63,545 nucleotides of DNA, filler included, from Octopus bimaculoides (GCF_001194135.2; 6 parts of 6 records of this genome joined end to end with filler, not necessarily neighbours in it), one strand, 5' to 3'. Counted from the first letter of the whole stretch, positions 1 to 12,918 are shown. Numbers and translations are program-made. The notes: generated by a model not told the origin, from the sequence alone.

Positions 1-80
1 AATGCCGATTTTCCTTCAGAAATTAGCCAAAAAATATATTATCATTATTAATTGGCTAATTTCTGAAGGAAATCGGCATT
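1..80. repeat. Near-perfect inverted repeat (30/29-bp arms, 21-nt AT-rich loop)
   Basis: 1-30 aatgccgattttccttcagaaattagccaa is the reverse complement of 52-80 with one bulged base. It may extend beyond the window start. Confidence 0.85.
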
Positions 81-428
81 TGTTTTATATTTACTGCCGA
101 TAAGAAACCGCAGATGCGCGGTAAATTTTGAAAATTTAAGCATGTAAGCACAAGTCGTGTTTCCTATGACTCGTGTTTACACGCTGTCCCGGTACTCTGC
201 TGAAGATAGTTATCGAGCAAGATATATTTTTATCTTGCTAAATAACTTGAAACCATGGTACAGAGTATAGACTGGTAAAAGTTTTTATTTTTCATTATCT
301 TTCGAAATTATCCCTATTTTTGTGGTATAGAGTTTTTTGCTGCTCTTTCTAGCGGGTTAGATGTCCTATTATAGGCATCTCTGTATTTTTAATGAATATA
401 CATGTGCATATATATATATACACATATA

Positions 429-2317
429 CAAGCATACCTCGGCTTAGGTCGTTCTCGATTATATCTTGGTTTTCAAAAATTATACATTGAAAAATATAAA
501 TCATGTTAAATTATTTTACTCAACTTTACGTCTGTCCACCACAAATATTGCAATCCTAAAATCACTAGAAAACCGTTAAAAGCACATAAAATCATGTTAC
601 TGTACAGTAAATAAGAATAAAAGCATATAAAATCATATTAAAATATGTACAGTAAATGTTAAGATACACACCATAAAGTAGTGTAGCTTAGTGAACGAAA
701 TCCTGAAATCAGCTGTGTTATACTATTTATTCTATGTCAACCTTTAGGCGTTGTTGTCACTCGTGATTCCCGCGATTGTTTTGAATTCAGATTTGTTTAC
801 GGCTGTTTATCGGCTACTTTCTCATTCTCATTCAATTCTGACTTAATTTTGCCCGCATAGCTCCTAAGAAAATTCAGTGAAAGTGCTAAGCATCATGCTA
901 TAACACTGGAAGATAAACTGGCTATGATAAAACGCAATAAAAAAGGTGAAAAATTGGTGGCGCACGATCTTTTGGGATGTATCGGACAACTGTAACGACG
1001 ATTGTACCCAATAAGGACAAGATTTTAGCAGCTATCAAGTCTGAAACCCTAGGCATGAAGGTTACTGTCATTAATAAGAAAAGAGGCAAAATCTTTGAAG
1101 AAATGGAAAGTCCTCTTTCTCTTTGGCTTGTTAGGCTGAATCTTCAGCGTGCTTCTATTAGTCAAGAAATCATTCAAGAGAAAGCGATGAGGAACTGAAG
1201 AGAAAATATCCAGATGAGAAAGATGCAGAGTTCAAGGCAAGTCAAGGATGGTTCATTACATTCAAGAAGTTATCACTCCATTAAAAAGCAAGGTGAAAGG
1301 GCTTCAGCTGACAAACAAGCAGCAGCGGAATTTCCTCATGCATAAAGAAAGTCATCGAAGAAAACGGCTTTCTTCCCGAACAGATTTTTAACGTAGACGA
1401 AACTTCCTGTTATATGGATGGCTAATTCAAAAGCATGGGTTACTGTTGTTGTTTTTGAAAATTAGTTCTTGAATCATTTTATCCCAGCTGCAGAGAAATA
1501 CCGTAAGAAGGAGATTACTTTTAAGGTTTTACTTATCTTACATAATGCTTCTGGCCACTCGAAAAACGTAGATTTTGACCCTAACGTTACCTTCGTATAC
1601 CTCCCGCCGAACACGAGGTCTCTTCTGAAATAAATGGATCGGGGAATAATTGCTATCTCCAAGTGTTACTATAAAAAGCGTACGAAGCGGCAAGCAATAT
1701 CTGCAACTGATCTTCATGAGTCCATCACACTTCGTGACTTTTGGAAGAGACACGATGTCTACAAGGTTGTACAGAACATGGCAGTGACATGGAATGATGT
1801 ACAGAGCACGGCTACGAATGGTGTATGGAAGAAGCTATGCCCGCAATTCGTGAATGATTTTAAGGGGCTTGATAATGTTGCCATAAACAAAACATTGGTG
1901 GCTATGAGCAAAGAACTGGAAATGGATTCGGAGGAGGGGGATTTCACAGATTTGTTTCAAAAAGAGAAGCAGCCCCTGACGGACGAGGATCTGATAGAGC
2001 TTCACGAGCAGCAAAATAAAGAAGAGGAGGAGGTGGAACCTGATCCACGTCACTTTACCATTAAGAAAATGCAGCAAGCGTTTGCATATATCTAAAAAGG
2101 TCTTTCTATGTTCGAGGATATGGATCCAAATGATGGAACATTTTCCAATATTATGGGGGCTTGTCACGAAGCTTTTATTCCTTATAGTGTAATCCTTGAG
2201 GGAAAGAAGAAAACAGTTCAAGGAACTCTCAACCGATTTTCTAACCGCATCGAACAAGAAATGCCAGAGACAGATGTTGATGTTGACGATCCACAGCAAT
2301 CTACATCCGCCATGTAA
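429..2317 (+). mobile_element. Decayed Tigger/pogo-family DNA transposon (CENP-B HTH plus DDE_1 transposase pseudogene)
   Basis: TA at 427-428 followed by a Tigger-like end CAAGCATACCTCGG. Broken reading from about 857: HHAITLEDKLAMIKR, EEMESPLSLW, EQIFNVDETS (1378-1407), LHNASGH, YLPPNTRSLLK*MDRGII. It has frameshifts, stops and an internal deletion after DETS. No right TIR is visible (possibly in the gap 2738-3338). Confidence 0.85.
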
Positions 2318-3710
2318 TCCACCAAATTTTATGTACGTATTGGTAAATTTTAAATAATTTAATCTTTTTACTATTGCAAAATAATGATAATTACTGAATT
2401 TGTTTTTTAAGCTTAAAAAAGGCTTTTATTTTACTATGTTTCATTGCAAAACCGCATTTATAAATAAAGCGTCTGCAATGTACGGTAAACATTGCCAAAC
2501 GGCATTCGTAAATTTAGATTACTGTTTTATTACTGTATTGTATTAAAAAATAAAAATTATTTGTTTGTAAGCTTAAAATAGGTTTTTTTATTAACCATAT
2601 ATTATTGAAAATGCGTTCATAAAATACATAACTCGGAATTATTATTATCAGTTTAGCCCAGATAGAAATAAATTCGGCCTAACCTAGCCTAGGGACAAGT
2701 TAATTCTACTTAAGTTGTGTCTCCTGGAACCAATTAANNNNNNNNNNNNNNNNNNNNNNNNNNNNNNNNNNNNNNNNNNNNNNNNNNNNNNNNNNNNNNN
2801 NNNNNNNNNNNNNNNNNNNNNNNNNNNNNNNNNNNNNNNNNNNNNNNNNNNNNNNNNNNNNNNNNNNNNNNNNNNNNNNNNNNNNNNNNNNNNNNNNNNN
2901 NNNNNNNNNNNNNNNNNNNNNNNNNNNNNNNNNNNNNNNNNNNNNNNNNNNNNNNNNNNNNNNNNNNNNNNNNNNNNNNNNNNNNNNNNNNNNNNNNNNN
3001 NNNNNNNNNNNNNNNNNNNNNNNNNNNNNNNNNNNNNNNNNNNNNNNNNNNNNNNNNNNNNNNNNNNNNNNNNNNNNNNNNNNNNNNNNNNNNNNNNNNN
3101 NNNNNNNNNNNNNNNNNNNNNNNNNNNNNNNNNNNNNNNNNNNNNNNNNNNNNNNNNNNNNNNNNNNNNNNNNNNNNNNNNNNNNNNNNNNNNNNNNNNN
3201 NNNNNNNNNNNNNNNNNNNNNNNNNNNNNNNNNNNNNNNNNNNNNNNNNNNNNNNNNNNNNNNNNNNNNNNNNNNNNNNNNNNNNNNNNNNNNNNNNNNN
3301 NNNNNNNNNNNNNNNNNNNNNNNNNNNNNNNNNNNNNNCAGAGAGATAGACAGATAGATATATATATAGATAGATAGATAGATGTACACACACTTTAACC
3401 TCATTGATTATTCGTTGATAAATGATTAGCTATTGATTAGATAACAAAGACGGCCAAAAACTGATGAAATCTGTCGGAGAGATATTTATAGAAGACAATG
3501 TTTAAATCGTTGGTGTTTGTCATGTATGGTCTGGTCGTTTGTTTATTTGTTTGATTGATATTAATTAAGAAGTGCAGTGGGAGGAAGTGACAGTTAAACT
3601 TTGTTGAAATTATGTTTAGTTTAGGGCCCCACAAGTTGTGTTTGTAGCACAACGCAGTTTACATAACATTTATTCCTATCAACCATAATTTCTTAATATA
3701 TAATTATACA

Positions 3711-3821
3711 TAGAAAGATATATTTTTCAACGCGTAAATACTGATAGAACAGTATACATGAGATATTATCCCATGTGTACTGTTCTATCAGTATTTACGC
3801 GTTGAAAAATATATCTTTCTA
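3711..3821. repeat. 111-bp palindrome: 44-bp perfect arms with a further paired core and 3-nt loop
   Basis: 3711-3754 is the exact reverse complement of 3778-3821. Inner tacatg/catgtg and gat/atc also pair, leaving loop att (3765-3767). Confidence 0.95.
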
Positions 3822-4429
3822 CTTCTACCACAATACATTTCAGCGCTTCAAAAACAAACTTAGGTTTGTTTACATATGACGTAATAATTTTAAACACATT
3901 GTGACGTTGCAGTGAATCCCTAATTACCCCAAGTGTAGTAGAGGATAGAATAGTTATAGGTGTGCGTGTATCTTTGTGGAGATATTGCGTGGTGGAGTGA
4001 TTTGAGTGTTATACTCCTACTTTTAAAATCAAGCTCACATCTTCAATTTTAACATCCGTTCACTCACACAACTCTTAAGATTCTTCTTCTCCACTACAAA
4101 ATAATCTGATAGATTTGTATATTTTCTCAGCAATTTCAGCCAACATCATTCCCTAAAATGTCTCACTCTTAAGATAGTAATTAACAGTTTTATTTTAAGC
4201 TTTTACTCCATCGAATTCTTTCCATTTGCTTTTTCTTGATTGACGTGTTTCTTTTCTTCCGTCTTTCTTGCTTTTGTTCTATTTTTTATACATTATATCC
4301 ATTCCCCACTGTTTATGTATATAAACATCTGTGTGTTTGTCTGTGTGTGTATGCGTGTGTGTGTCTGTGTATGTTTGTGTGTTTGTGCGTGTATCTGTGT
4401 GTGTGTGTGTATGTGTGTGTGTATGTGTG

Positions 4430-4754
4430 TAAGAACAAGCTGAGGTAGTTTTTTTCTCAATGCCCCAACGAGTTCTTCAGCTGGTAGAATAGGGGCTTCC
4501 GCTGTAACAGCGCTTCGAAGCATCCACCATTTGTTAGCGATTCTCCTCTCTTGGTAGTTGACCCACATTGCACCACTCAGGCGATAACACCGCCATCCCA
4601 TGGGTCTTTTTTGGGTCGTCGTTGCCCTTGAACGTTTTTAGGAAGTTGGGGTGCAAATTCTAGCTCAACCTCTTTTTGTCACCTTAAAACGTTGGGTCTA
4701 TTCTATGACCTGATCGTCCACAAGCAGCATAAGTATGAACCATAATTCCAATAC

Positions 4755-4760
<6 letters not shown>
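4430..4760 (-). mobile_element. Possible decayed LINE 3' fragment
   Basis: Non-microsatellite segment between microsatellites. The minus-strand translation has a KRPMGW..W pattern weakly like RTE C-termini. Confidence 0.3.
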
Positions 4761-4981
<221 letters not shown>

Positions 4982-6582
4982 GCGGTTGGATGTGTGTGTG
5001 TGGTGGTGTGCTGTGGTCTGGCTGTGTTAATTGCCTTTTCCAATTGTTCTTTTTAGTTTTTTGTTAGTTTCGGGGCCTTTTTTTTATGTAGTATAATGCA
5101 ATGATATAGAATTTATGAAATTGTTAATTATAAAAAAATAATGTCAATAGTTTCTATATACATTATAGATCGAACAAAGAATGAAGTCTTTATCTTATTT
5201 TTGTCTTTACTTGCAAACAACAAAAATACCAATTTCAAAAATGAAAAAGAAAAATTTCAAATATTAGATATATTATGATATATCATAATATATTATATTA
5301 TGCTATATTACATTACGTTGTATTATATTACATTACATTATTATATTATACAAAGCAAGTTAGCAAAGGACAAAATATGTAACAAATGCGAGAGGAAAAA
5401 AATTAACAAAATGAAACAAAAGCACTCACACACTCTCATTCGCACACACACATGAGTACATACATATGTCCATACACAAGTACACACATACATATGTCCA
5501 TACACAAAAACAAGACAAAATCTCTGAAAAAATATGGAGGATATGAAGAAAGAATTTTTTTCAAACATGGCTGTTAATCACTCTACCAGTTTTTTCAATT
5601 GCTTCTATCGATTATCTTTGAGTTAAATCTGTTGAGTTCATTAAATTAAATATTTTCTACTTTGTGTGTAAATGTGAGTTTGTGTGTATGTATGTATGTG
5701 TGTGTGTGTGTATGTGTGTGTGTGTGTGTGTTTATGTGTGTTTAGTATGATAGAGATGTGAAGTGGTGATTTTTACACGAATTTTCTTTTTCTGTTTGTT
5801 TTTTCGATATTGTTCTATTTCGTGTTTTGCTGGTTTATTTTAACTTTTACTTTTACGGGTAAATGAGGGCCAGATGCTTGCATCTATTGTCAAAATAAAC
5901 GGGTGAATTCTTTTGATTGTTTAGGAACCAGGTGTATATTTTGGTGTGCACCCTATTCTCTTTCTTTTTTCTCTCACTCATCAAAAATACAAAATTAATT
6001 ATAATAAACAAAAGCATCAAATTACAATGGAACCAGCTGCGTTTATATAGGAATCTTATATCGATGGCGTCATCAAGCATCATAAGGCATCATCAGACTT
6101 CATTAGGCATCAAGACTATTGTATAATGACAAATGAATGATAGAACGGCCCAAAATTAATTTTTTTATTGCACACAATGAGTCCTGCATCACTACTTGAT
6201 ATCTTGTTGCTGAATTTGATTTTATCCACTTTACTTCGAGCCGTGCGGATAATACCGGACTGACTTGGTGCTTCAAGTTAAGTACGTAATTCAACTGAAT
6301 CTTAATCGGAACAGAATCTTTATGCATATATACATACAATGCTTGAACACACACATACATGTATACTAGAGTGAAACGCATACCCAAACACAAATACAAG
6401 ATAGCCACGAGCACAAAAATACACATATATACACACATCACCTGATACCGACGACCACAAATCCACAACATCTGCTTTAAATGAAACAAAAAAAGATCTG
6501 CTACTTAATGGCCACCTTGAATTTCCCAAACGAAAACGTTAGATAAGAAAACACATACATACATACATACATATATACATAC

Positions 6583-8909
6583 ATATTCCAAGGAGACAGC
6601 CTATCTGTGATGTTGTTTATACTTTCTGTAAACCCCTTGTCATTCATGTTAAGGAAGTCTGAAGGATATCTCATTGGTTCACAAGGAAACAGAAATACCA
6701 AAATTACACAGTTTCTTTGTGGATGATTTAAAACTTTATGCAAAGAATATGCATGAGATAAAACAAGAGCCATGACCTAGTTACAACATTCTCAAAGGAT
6801 GTAGGATTGGATAAATGTTGTTTTATGGCTGTGAAAAAGGGGAAAACTATAAAGCTGACTAGAAACATCTCCATTAATGATTTGACTGTTCCCCTGTATC
6901 TGACGAGGATTATTACAGGTATCTGGGGGTGGATGAAAATATATCTTACAGTGGCACCTGTAACAAAATACGTATCACTAAAGAATATTACAGCCGAATA
7001 AAGAAAGTTTGGACCTCAGAAATCTCTGCATTCGATAAAACAGTGGCCCATAATGAGCTTGCAGTGCCAGTACTCATACCAATATTTGGGCTGCTTGATT
7101 GGACGCTTGATGAGATCCGAGCCACTGATGTGAAAACCCGAAAAATACTAACAAGCACACATAATTTCCACATCAACTGTGTTGTAGACCACCTCCACCT
7201 AAAACGAAAACAAGGGGGAAGAGGCGCTTAACATCGATCCAAAATGCCTTTGAATGTCCCTTCATATTCCTTCGGCAACATATTTTAACCACCAAGCGTC
7301 GAAGTGCATCCCTTTACCAAGTTTGTATGCATGAGGCTGATAGCATCATAAGACTTGGAAGGCAGCCCCTTGAGCAACATTCGTTGTCTGATAACCTAGA
7401 ATACATACCCAAAGAAGTCGCACGCCTCTACCACAACAAATTATCAGATGAAAGGATGAGCCTATGTGAGCAGAAGACTATGCATTAATATGTTATTAGA
7501 AGGCTCTATGATGATAGTAACATCGATCGTCAAAGCAGTTTATCATGGACCAATAGCCGGTTTACTACCTCCCATTTTGAAGGGTATGCGTTTGCAATCC
7601 AGGAACGGGAAATAAGAACCAAGCACCTGATGCACAAAAGGGATAGAGATGCATGTAAAGCCGTAAATGTGACAACCGATGCAGACTTTGTGGAGTTCAC
7701 ACTGACGATATCACCCATACATAAGCAGTTGTCCGAAAATGTCACCATGGTATTATCCAGCGATGAGACATGACATTGTAGCTAGGACGCTCTATAATGA
7801 AATCCGTCGGAAGAATAATCCCAAGGAGAAAAGAAAAAAGAACCCACAATACGGTAGAAGACATAGTTACTCATAATAAAAAGAAATACTGGTGGAATAT
7901 ACCAGTGAAGACCTCAATAAAATGTAAGCACAACAGACCTGATATAATGATCTGGGATTGAGAAGAGAAACTGCCCAGCGGATGTTCACATCCGGATGTT
8001 AAGATCAGTGAAAATGAGAACACCTATGCTGAACTATTGAGAAATCTGCAAGTACTCTACCCAGATTAGAAGTTCAGGTTTATACCTGTAATTATTGGAG
8101 CTCTGGAAGTTGTAACACACTGCCTAAATGCCAATCTTGAGAAATTAGGCTTCACAAAACCAGAAAGAAAGCTAATTCAAAGATTACAGATCCTATCCAT
8201 CACTGGAACTGTAAAAATCTGTAAAACTTTCCAAAAGTTTATCATTTAAATATATCTGAGCATGATCAGATATGCAACTATATGCATCAGAATACATACA
8301 TAAAACATGCAAATCTACATATACATACATACATACATAGATGCATACATACAGGAGTGGCTGTGTGGTAAGTAGCTTGCTAACCAACCACATGGTTACG
8401 GGTTCAGTCCCACTGCGTGACACCTTGGGCAAGTGTTTCTACTATAGTCTCGGGCCGACCAAAGCCTTGTGAATGGTTTGGTAGACGGAAACTGAAAGAA
8501 GCCCGTCGTATATATGTATATGTATATATATGTGTGTTTGTGTGTCTGCGTTTGTTCCCCCAACATCGCTTGACAACCGATGCTGGTGTGTTTACGTCCC
8601 CATAACTTAGCGGCTCGGCAAAAGAGACCGATAAAATAAGTACTAGGCTTACAAAGAATAAGTCCTGGGGTCAATTTTCTCGACTAAAGGTGGTGGTCCA
8701 GTAGGGCCACAGTCGAATGACTGAGACAAGTAAAAGAGTAAAAGAGAGAGTAAAAGAGTATACATTCATACATACATACATACATACATACATACATACA
8801 AAAATACCCTGTTGCTGAGGAAATTCCAATGAAGGAGCCTTGGATCTAGGTTAGAAACCTGTATTGGCAAGAAATCTTGATATAAACTGAATAATGACAT
8901 ACATACATA
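6583..8909 (+). mobile_element. 5'-truncated R4/Dong-like non-LTR retrotransposon (RT, CCHC finger, restriction-like endonuclease), decayed
   Basis: IFQGDSLSVMLFILSVNPL (from 6583), FVDDLKLYAK (about 6717), ORF 6929-7231 ending RKQGGRG, CRLCG..H..SSC...RHDIVARTLYNEI (about 7680-7805), KHNRPDIMIW, and C-terminal FIPVIIGAL..TGTVKICKTFQKFII*. The 3' UTR resumes at 8801-8909 after a nested SINE. Confidence 0.85.
8352..8760 (+). mobile_element. tRNA-derived SINE, family A (nested in the Dong-like 3' UTR)
   Basis: A-box TGGCTGTGTGG, B-box GGTTCAGTCC, CORE-like ACCTTGGGCAAGTG, internal (TA)n, and a (GTAAAAGA)n tail. Matches copies at 9048, 13545, 23446, 38495 and 43310. Confidence 0.85.
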
Positions 8910-9047
8910 AAAATGCTGATGTGGATATTTCTTTGAAAATTAAAGCGAGCGTGGTTGACTACAGACAGCTGATTTGAAACCTTAGCATCTCTACCCAAGT
9001 CATGAATATACATTTATATCAATAAAACTGAGTAAGAATTATTTTGT

Positions 9048-9456
9048 TTACTCTATTCTTTTACTCTTTTACTCGTTTCAGTCATTTGATTGCAGCCATG
9101 CTGGAGCACCGCCTTTAGTCGAGCAAATCGACCCCAGCACTTATTTTTTGTAAGCCTAGTTCTTATTCTATCATCTCTTTGCCGGACCGCTGAGTTAGGG
9201 GGACGTAAACATACTAGTATCGGTTGTTAAGCGATGTTGGGGAGACAACACAGACACACAAACATACGCACACACATACACACACATATATATATGCGAC
9301 GGGCTTCTTTCAGTTTCCGTCTACCAAATCCACTCACAAGGCTTTGATCGGCCCGAGGCCATATTAGAAGAAAATTGCCCAAGGTGCCACGCAGTGAGAC
9401 TGAAGCCGGTACCATGGGGCTAATAAGCAAGCTACTTACCGCTCAGCCATTGCAGC
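9048..9456 (-). mobile_element. tRNA-derived SINE, family A
   Basis: Reverse-complement match to 8352-8760 over its full length. Confidence 0.85.
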
Positions 9457-10574
9457 GTTTATTCATTTATTTATTTTGTCTTTGGTTTATAATTGTTATT
9501 TTCCATTCGCTTTTATCTAGAATTCAAAGGAAATTACTATAATTCCTTTCAAACTTTGCTTTTGCGACCTGGACATCAATGTTTTCGCACTGATCTATTT
9601 TTATTACATTTCAGACAGGTTCAGTGCTTCGTCGCTGAAATAGAAACATCTTTATAGCAAATATTCTGCTCAGTCGTTTGACCTTAACGACTTGCCAATA
9701 TGTGCATGTCTGATGATGAGCAGGCGTAGTAGGGATGGGCATCATAGCCATATGTTCTGAGGGATTATTTGGGGTTTGAATAAATGTAACAAAAGCAAAA
9801 TTTGAAGCAACTATTAGCCATTTTTCATACTTTATAAGGGTAAGCGAAGAGGAAATAATCATTTTCCAAGAACAAACATCGTGTTATATTGTATAATAAT
9901 TGGTGCCCATGGTTCAGTTAGTAAATACCTAATCTAAAATCTGAACAAGTTTCAGTTTTCAGAAAAAGAAATCAAATAACCCACTCGGACATTGTAGATA
10001 AACTCTGTAAGCAGAACATTATAAATGGCTAAGATGTTTTTAAAGTTCAAAACGTGACATTGTTTTTGATATCTACATTCCAACGATGGAGCTTTGTATA
10101 TTTGTTAGAATCCAGCACCTTCTTTTATTTGAAGGAAGACTTCAAATATTTTAAAACAGAACAGAGCAATCATATATCCATATACAAGCATGTACAGATT
10201 CGTTAATATATTTAGAGCTTGAAGGACTCATAGCAAAATAAGAAATAATTTTTCCTAATTGGGCTTGTTTACCTATTCTATAGCATAACATCACTGAATC
10301 TATCGCCTTCAGAAATCTAAGGCATTTTGGAGTTTCTCTGTAAAACAAGTAAGGGAGCTCCAACGAACATCTGAGCATGACTTGCTAGAAGTAGCAGTCA
10401 AATAACTATTTCAAACTGATATCACAGATAAGGAGTGGACCTCCTTAAATACTGTATTCATAGATACGACTCTGTATATGTGTGAGTTTCTGTATGATTG
10501 TCTACATATATCCATATTCATACACACACACCGCACACACACACACACGCACACAAACACGCGCGCGCGCATGT

Positions 10575-11060
10575 ATGAGGATATTATTGTTTATAATAAT
10601 ATTAAAGGCTTAGCATGCGTAAAAAATCTCACAACGGTAAAAAAATTATCAATTAAAAATTAAGGGTACTAACAAGCAGTACCAGAATGCTAAATATAGC
10701 AGTCAAAATGACCAAACCACAAGTTTTCACTTAAACAAAAAGGTGCAAGCGGGCAAATGAATAAAAATCCTAAAACCCCGTACCAATGACGAAAATAATC
10801 GAAAATTGAAAAAGACAGACATATCCGCATCACCGTGATTTCGAACTCTTAGTTCATCTTCATCGAGTCTTACTGACCCCAGGATTATAGAGATTATTCA
10901 TCTCACTAATGTGCACGACGACCGTTTTTAATACCGCAGCCAAAAAGTGATCGAAGTGAATTAAATTTATTTAAATAAATATGAGGGTATTATTGTTTAT
11001 AATAATATTAAAGGCTTAGCATGCGTAAAAAATCTCACAACGGTAAAAAAATTATCAATT
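10575..11060 (-). repeat. Tandem ~406-bp unit (second copy cut by gap), pLTR-like, with a degenerate hammerhead-like motif at 10825-10866
   Basis: 10575-10653 recurs at 10981-11060 with one mismatch. The minus strand reads ATGAAGA-T-GAACT/AGTTC-GAAA-TCAC-G-GTGA-TG. Confidence 0.6.
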
Positions 11061-11854
11061 NNNNNNNNNNNNNNNNNNNNNNNNNNNNNNNNNNNNNNNN
11101 NNNNNNNNNNNNNNNNNNNNNNNNNNNNNNNNNNNNNNNNNNNNNNNNNNNNNNNNNNNNNNNNNNNNNNNNNNNNNNNNNNNNNNNNNNNNNNNNNNNN
11201 NNNNNNNNNNNNNNNNNNNNNNNNNNNNNNNNNNNNNNNNNNNNNNNNNNNNNNNNNNNNNNNNNNNNNNNNNNNNNNNNNNNNNNNNNNNNNNNNNNNN
11301 NNNNNNNNNNNNNNNNNNNNNNNNNNNNNNNNNNNNNNNNNNNNNNNNNNNNNNNNNNNNNNNNNNTATATATATATATATATTGATAGAAAAGGTAAGG
11401 CAACAAAAGAAAGAAAGAGACCGCGATATTATGTAAATAGAGGAATATATCTGCATGTGCGTATATAGACGTGTGTATGAAACTTTTTGCGCGTGTGTGT
11501 ATGCGTGCGAGCGTATTGCGTCCGCGTGTGTGTGTGTGTGAGCGTGTATGCGGGTATATATATATATATATATATTATTTTTGTTTTGGCGAATGTGTGG
11601 GTGAGCATGTGTGTGTTTCAGGTGAGGGTGGATGAGTATATACATATAGGCGCATGTACGTGGGTGTGCGAACGCGCATGTGTATGTATGGACTGGTGCT
11701 CTTACGCGATACGAAGGACATTTTTACTCCCTTACCTTTACTCCCTCCCCTCACTTAGTGGTAATTCTAATAGCTCTTTTGTCTTAATAACGGTCAACCA
11801 CACAGCAATTTCCCTTTGTTTAACGGTCATTTTCATAGCATTCTTCGATGGTCA

Positions 11855-11915
11855 GATAACTGAAGAGATAGCAGCATGGGTTTCCGCCCCGGCATCCGAA
11901 ACTCGGAGTTTTATC
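11855..11915 (+). ncRNA. Minimal type I hammerhead ribozyme motif in a Penelope-type terminal repeat (repeat about 11690-11945)
   Basis: GATAA-CTGAAGA-GAT..ATC-C-GAAA-CTC-G-GAG-TT-TTATC: stem I GATAA/TTATC, palindromic stem III, GUU cleavage triplet. Homologous to 15001-15062. Confidence 0.65.
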
Positions 11916-11957
11916 ATGGCTACCGAATAATTGTCACATATTTTATATATATATATA

Positions 11958-12285
11958 ACTGGCACTCTGTCTGTTACGACGACGAAGGTCACAGTTGATC
12001 CGATCAACGGAACAGCCTGCACGTCAAATTAACACGCAAGTGGCTGAACACTCCACAGACACGCATACTCTTAACGTAGTTATCGGGAAGATTCAGTGTC
12101 ACAAAGACTGTAATAAGGCTAGCCTCCTTTGAATTACAGGTACAACTCATTTTTGCCAGCCGAATTTACTGGAGCCATGTGAAATAAAGTGTCTTGCTCA
12201 AGGACACAACGCGTCGCCGGGAATTGAACTTACGACCTTGCGATCGTGAGCCGAACACCTTAATCACTAAGCCACGCGCGTTCAC
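11958..12285 (-). mobile_element. tRNA-derived SINE, family B head with tail 1
   Basis: Minus strand TGGCTTAGTGATTAAGG...AGTTCAATTCC, then GTCCTTGAGCAAGACACTTTATTTCAC. The 3' about 130 bp match 58720-58856. Confidence 0.8.
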
Positions 12286-12732
12286 ACACATACACACATA
12301 TATAGATACATATATATATATATATATTATATAAATACATGCATGTATGTAGGTAGGTATGTATATGTTTAGTGTATTTTGGGTAAAAAAAACCTCGTAA
12401 CGTGCGTTTAAGAGCTTCTAAGCTGTTGTGTGATTACACGTGAGGGTATTTTGAGGATGGCAGTTAAATGACTTTAATATTGGGTCACGACGTAAGTTTC
12501 TGCAGGTTTCTGTATTCCACAGTACGCCACAGTACGTACATTACCTGACGAAGCACCTTCAAAGAGCTGATGTTGAATACTATTCAAGAACATAGTAAAT
12601 ATTAAGAGCAATCTTACATGATGCCAAATGAATATGAACAGAGCAGCTCAAAGCTGTTGCGTGTGTGTGTGGGGGGGGCAAGCGTAAGTCGTGATCCACT
12701 GTTACAGCCTATCAACTTCCATCCTCCTGCTA

Positions 12733-12766
<34 letters not shown>

Positions 12767-12887
12767 GTTTGTATGTGTGTGTATATATGTACAAGCATAT
12801 ATATACATACATATATCTATAACTATATTTATATATACATGCATATATAAATATGAGTGTGTGAATGTGTGTGCATATATATGTATA

Positions 12888-12918
<31 letters not shown>

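Noticed and set aside
2684-3404. Long ORFs across N gaps and poly-HT/YI/CV ORFs (also 11021-11645, 19778-20435, 39761-40622, 43658-44344, 59314-59916)
   Set aside because: These are artefacts of Ns and dinucleotide microsatellites.
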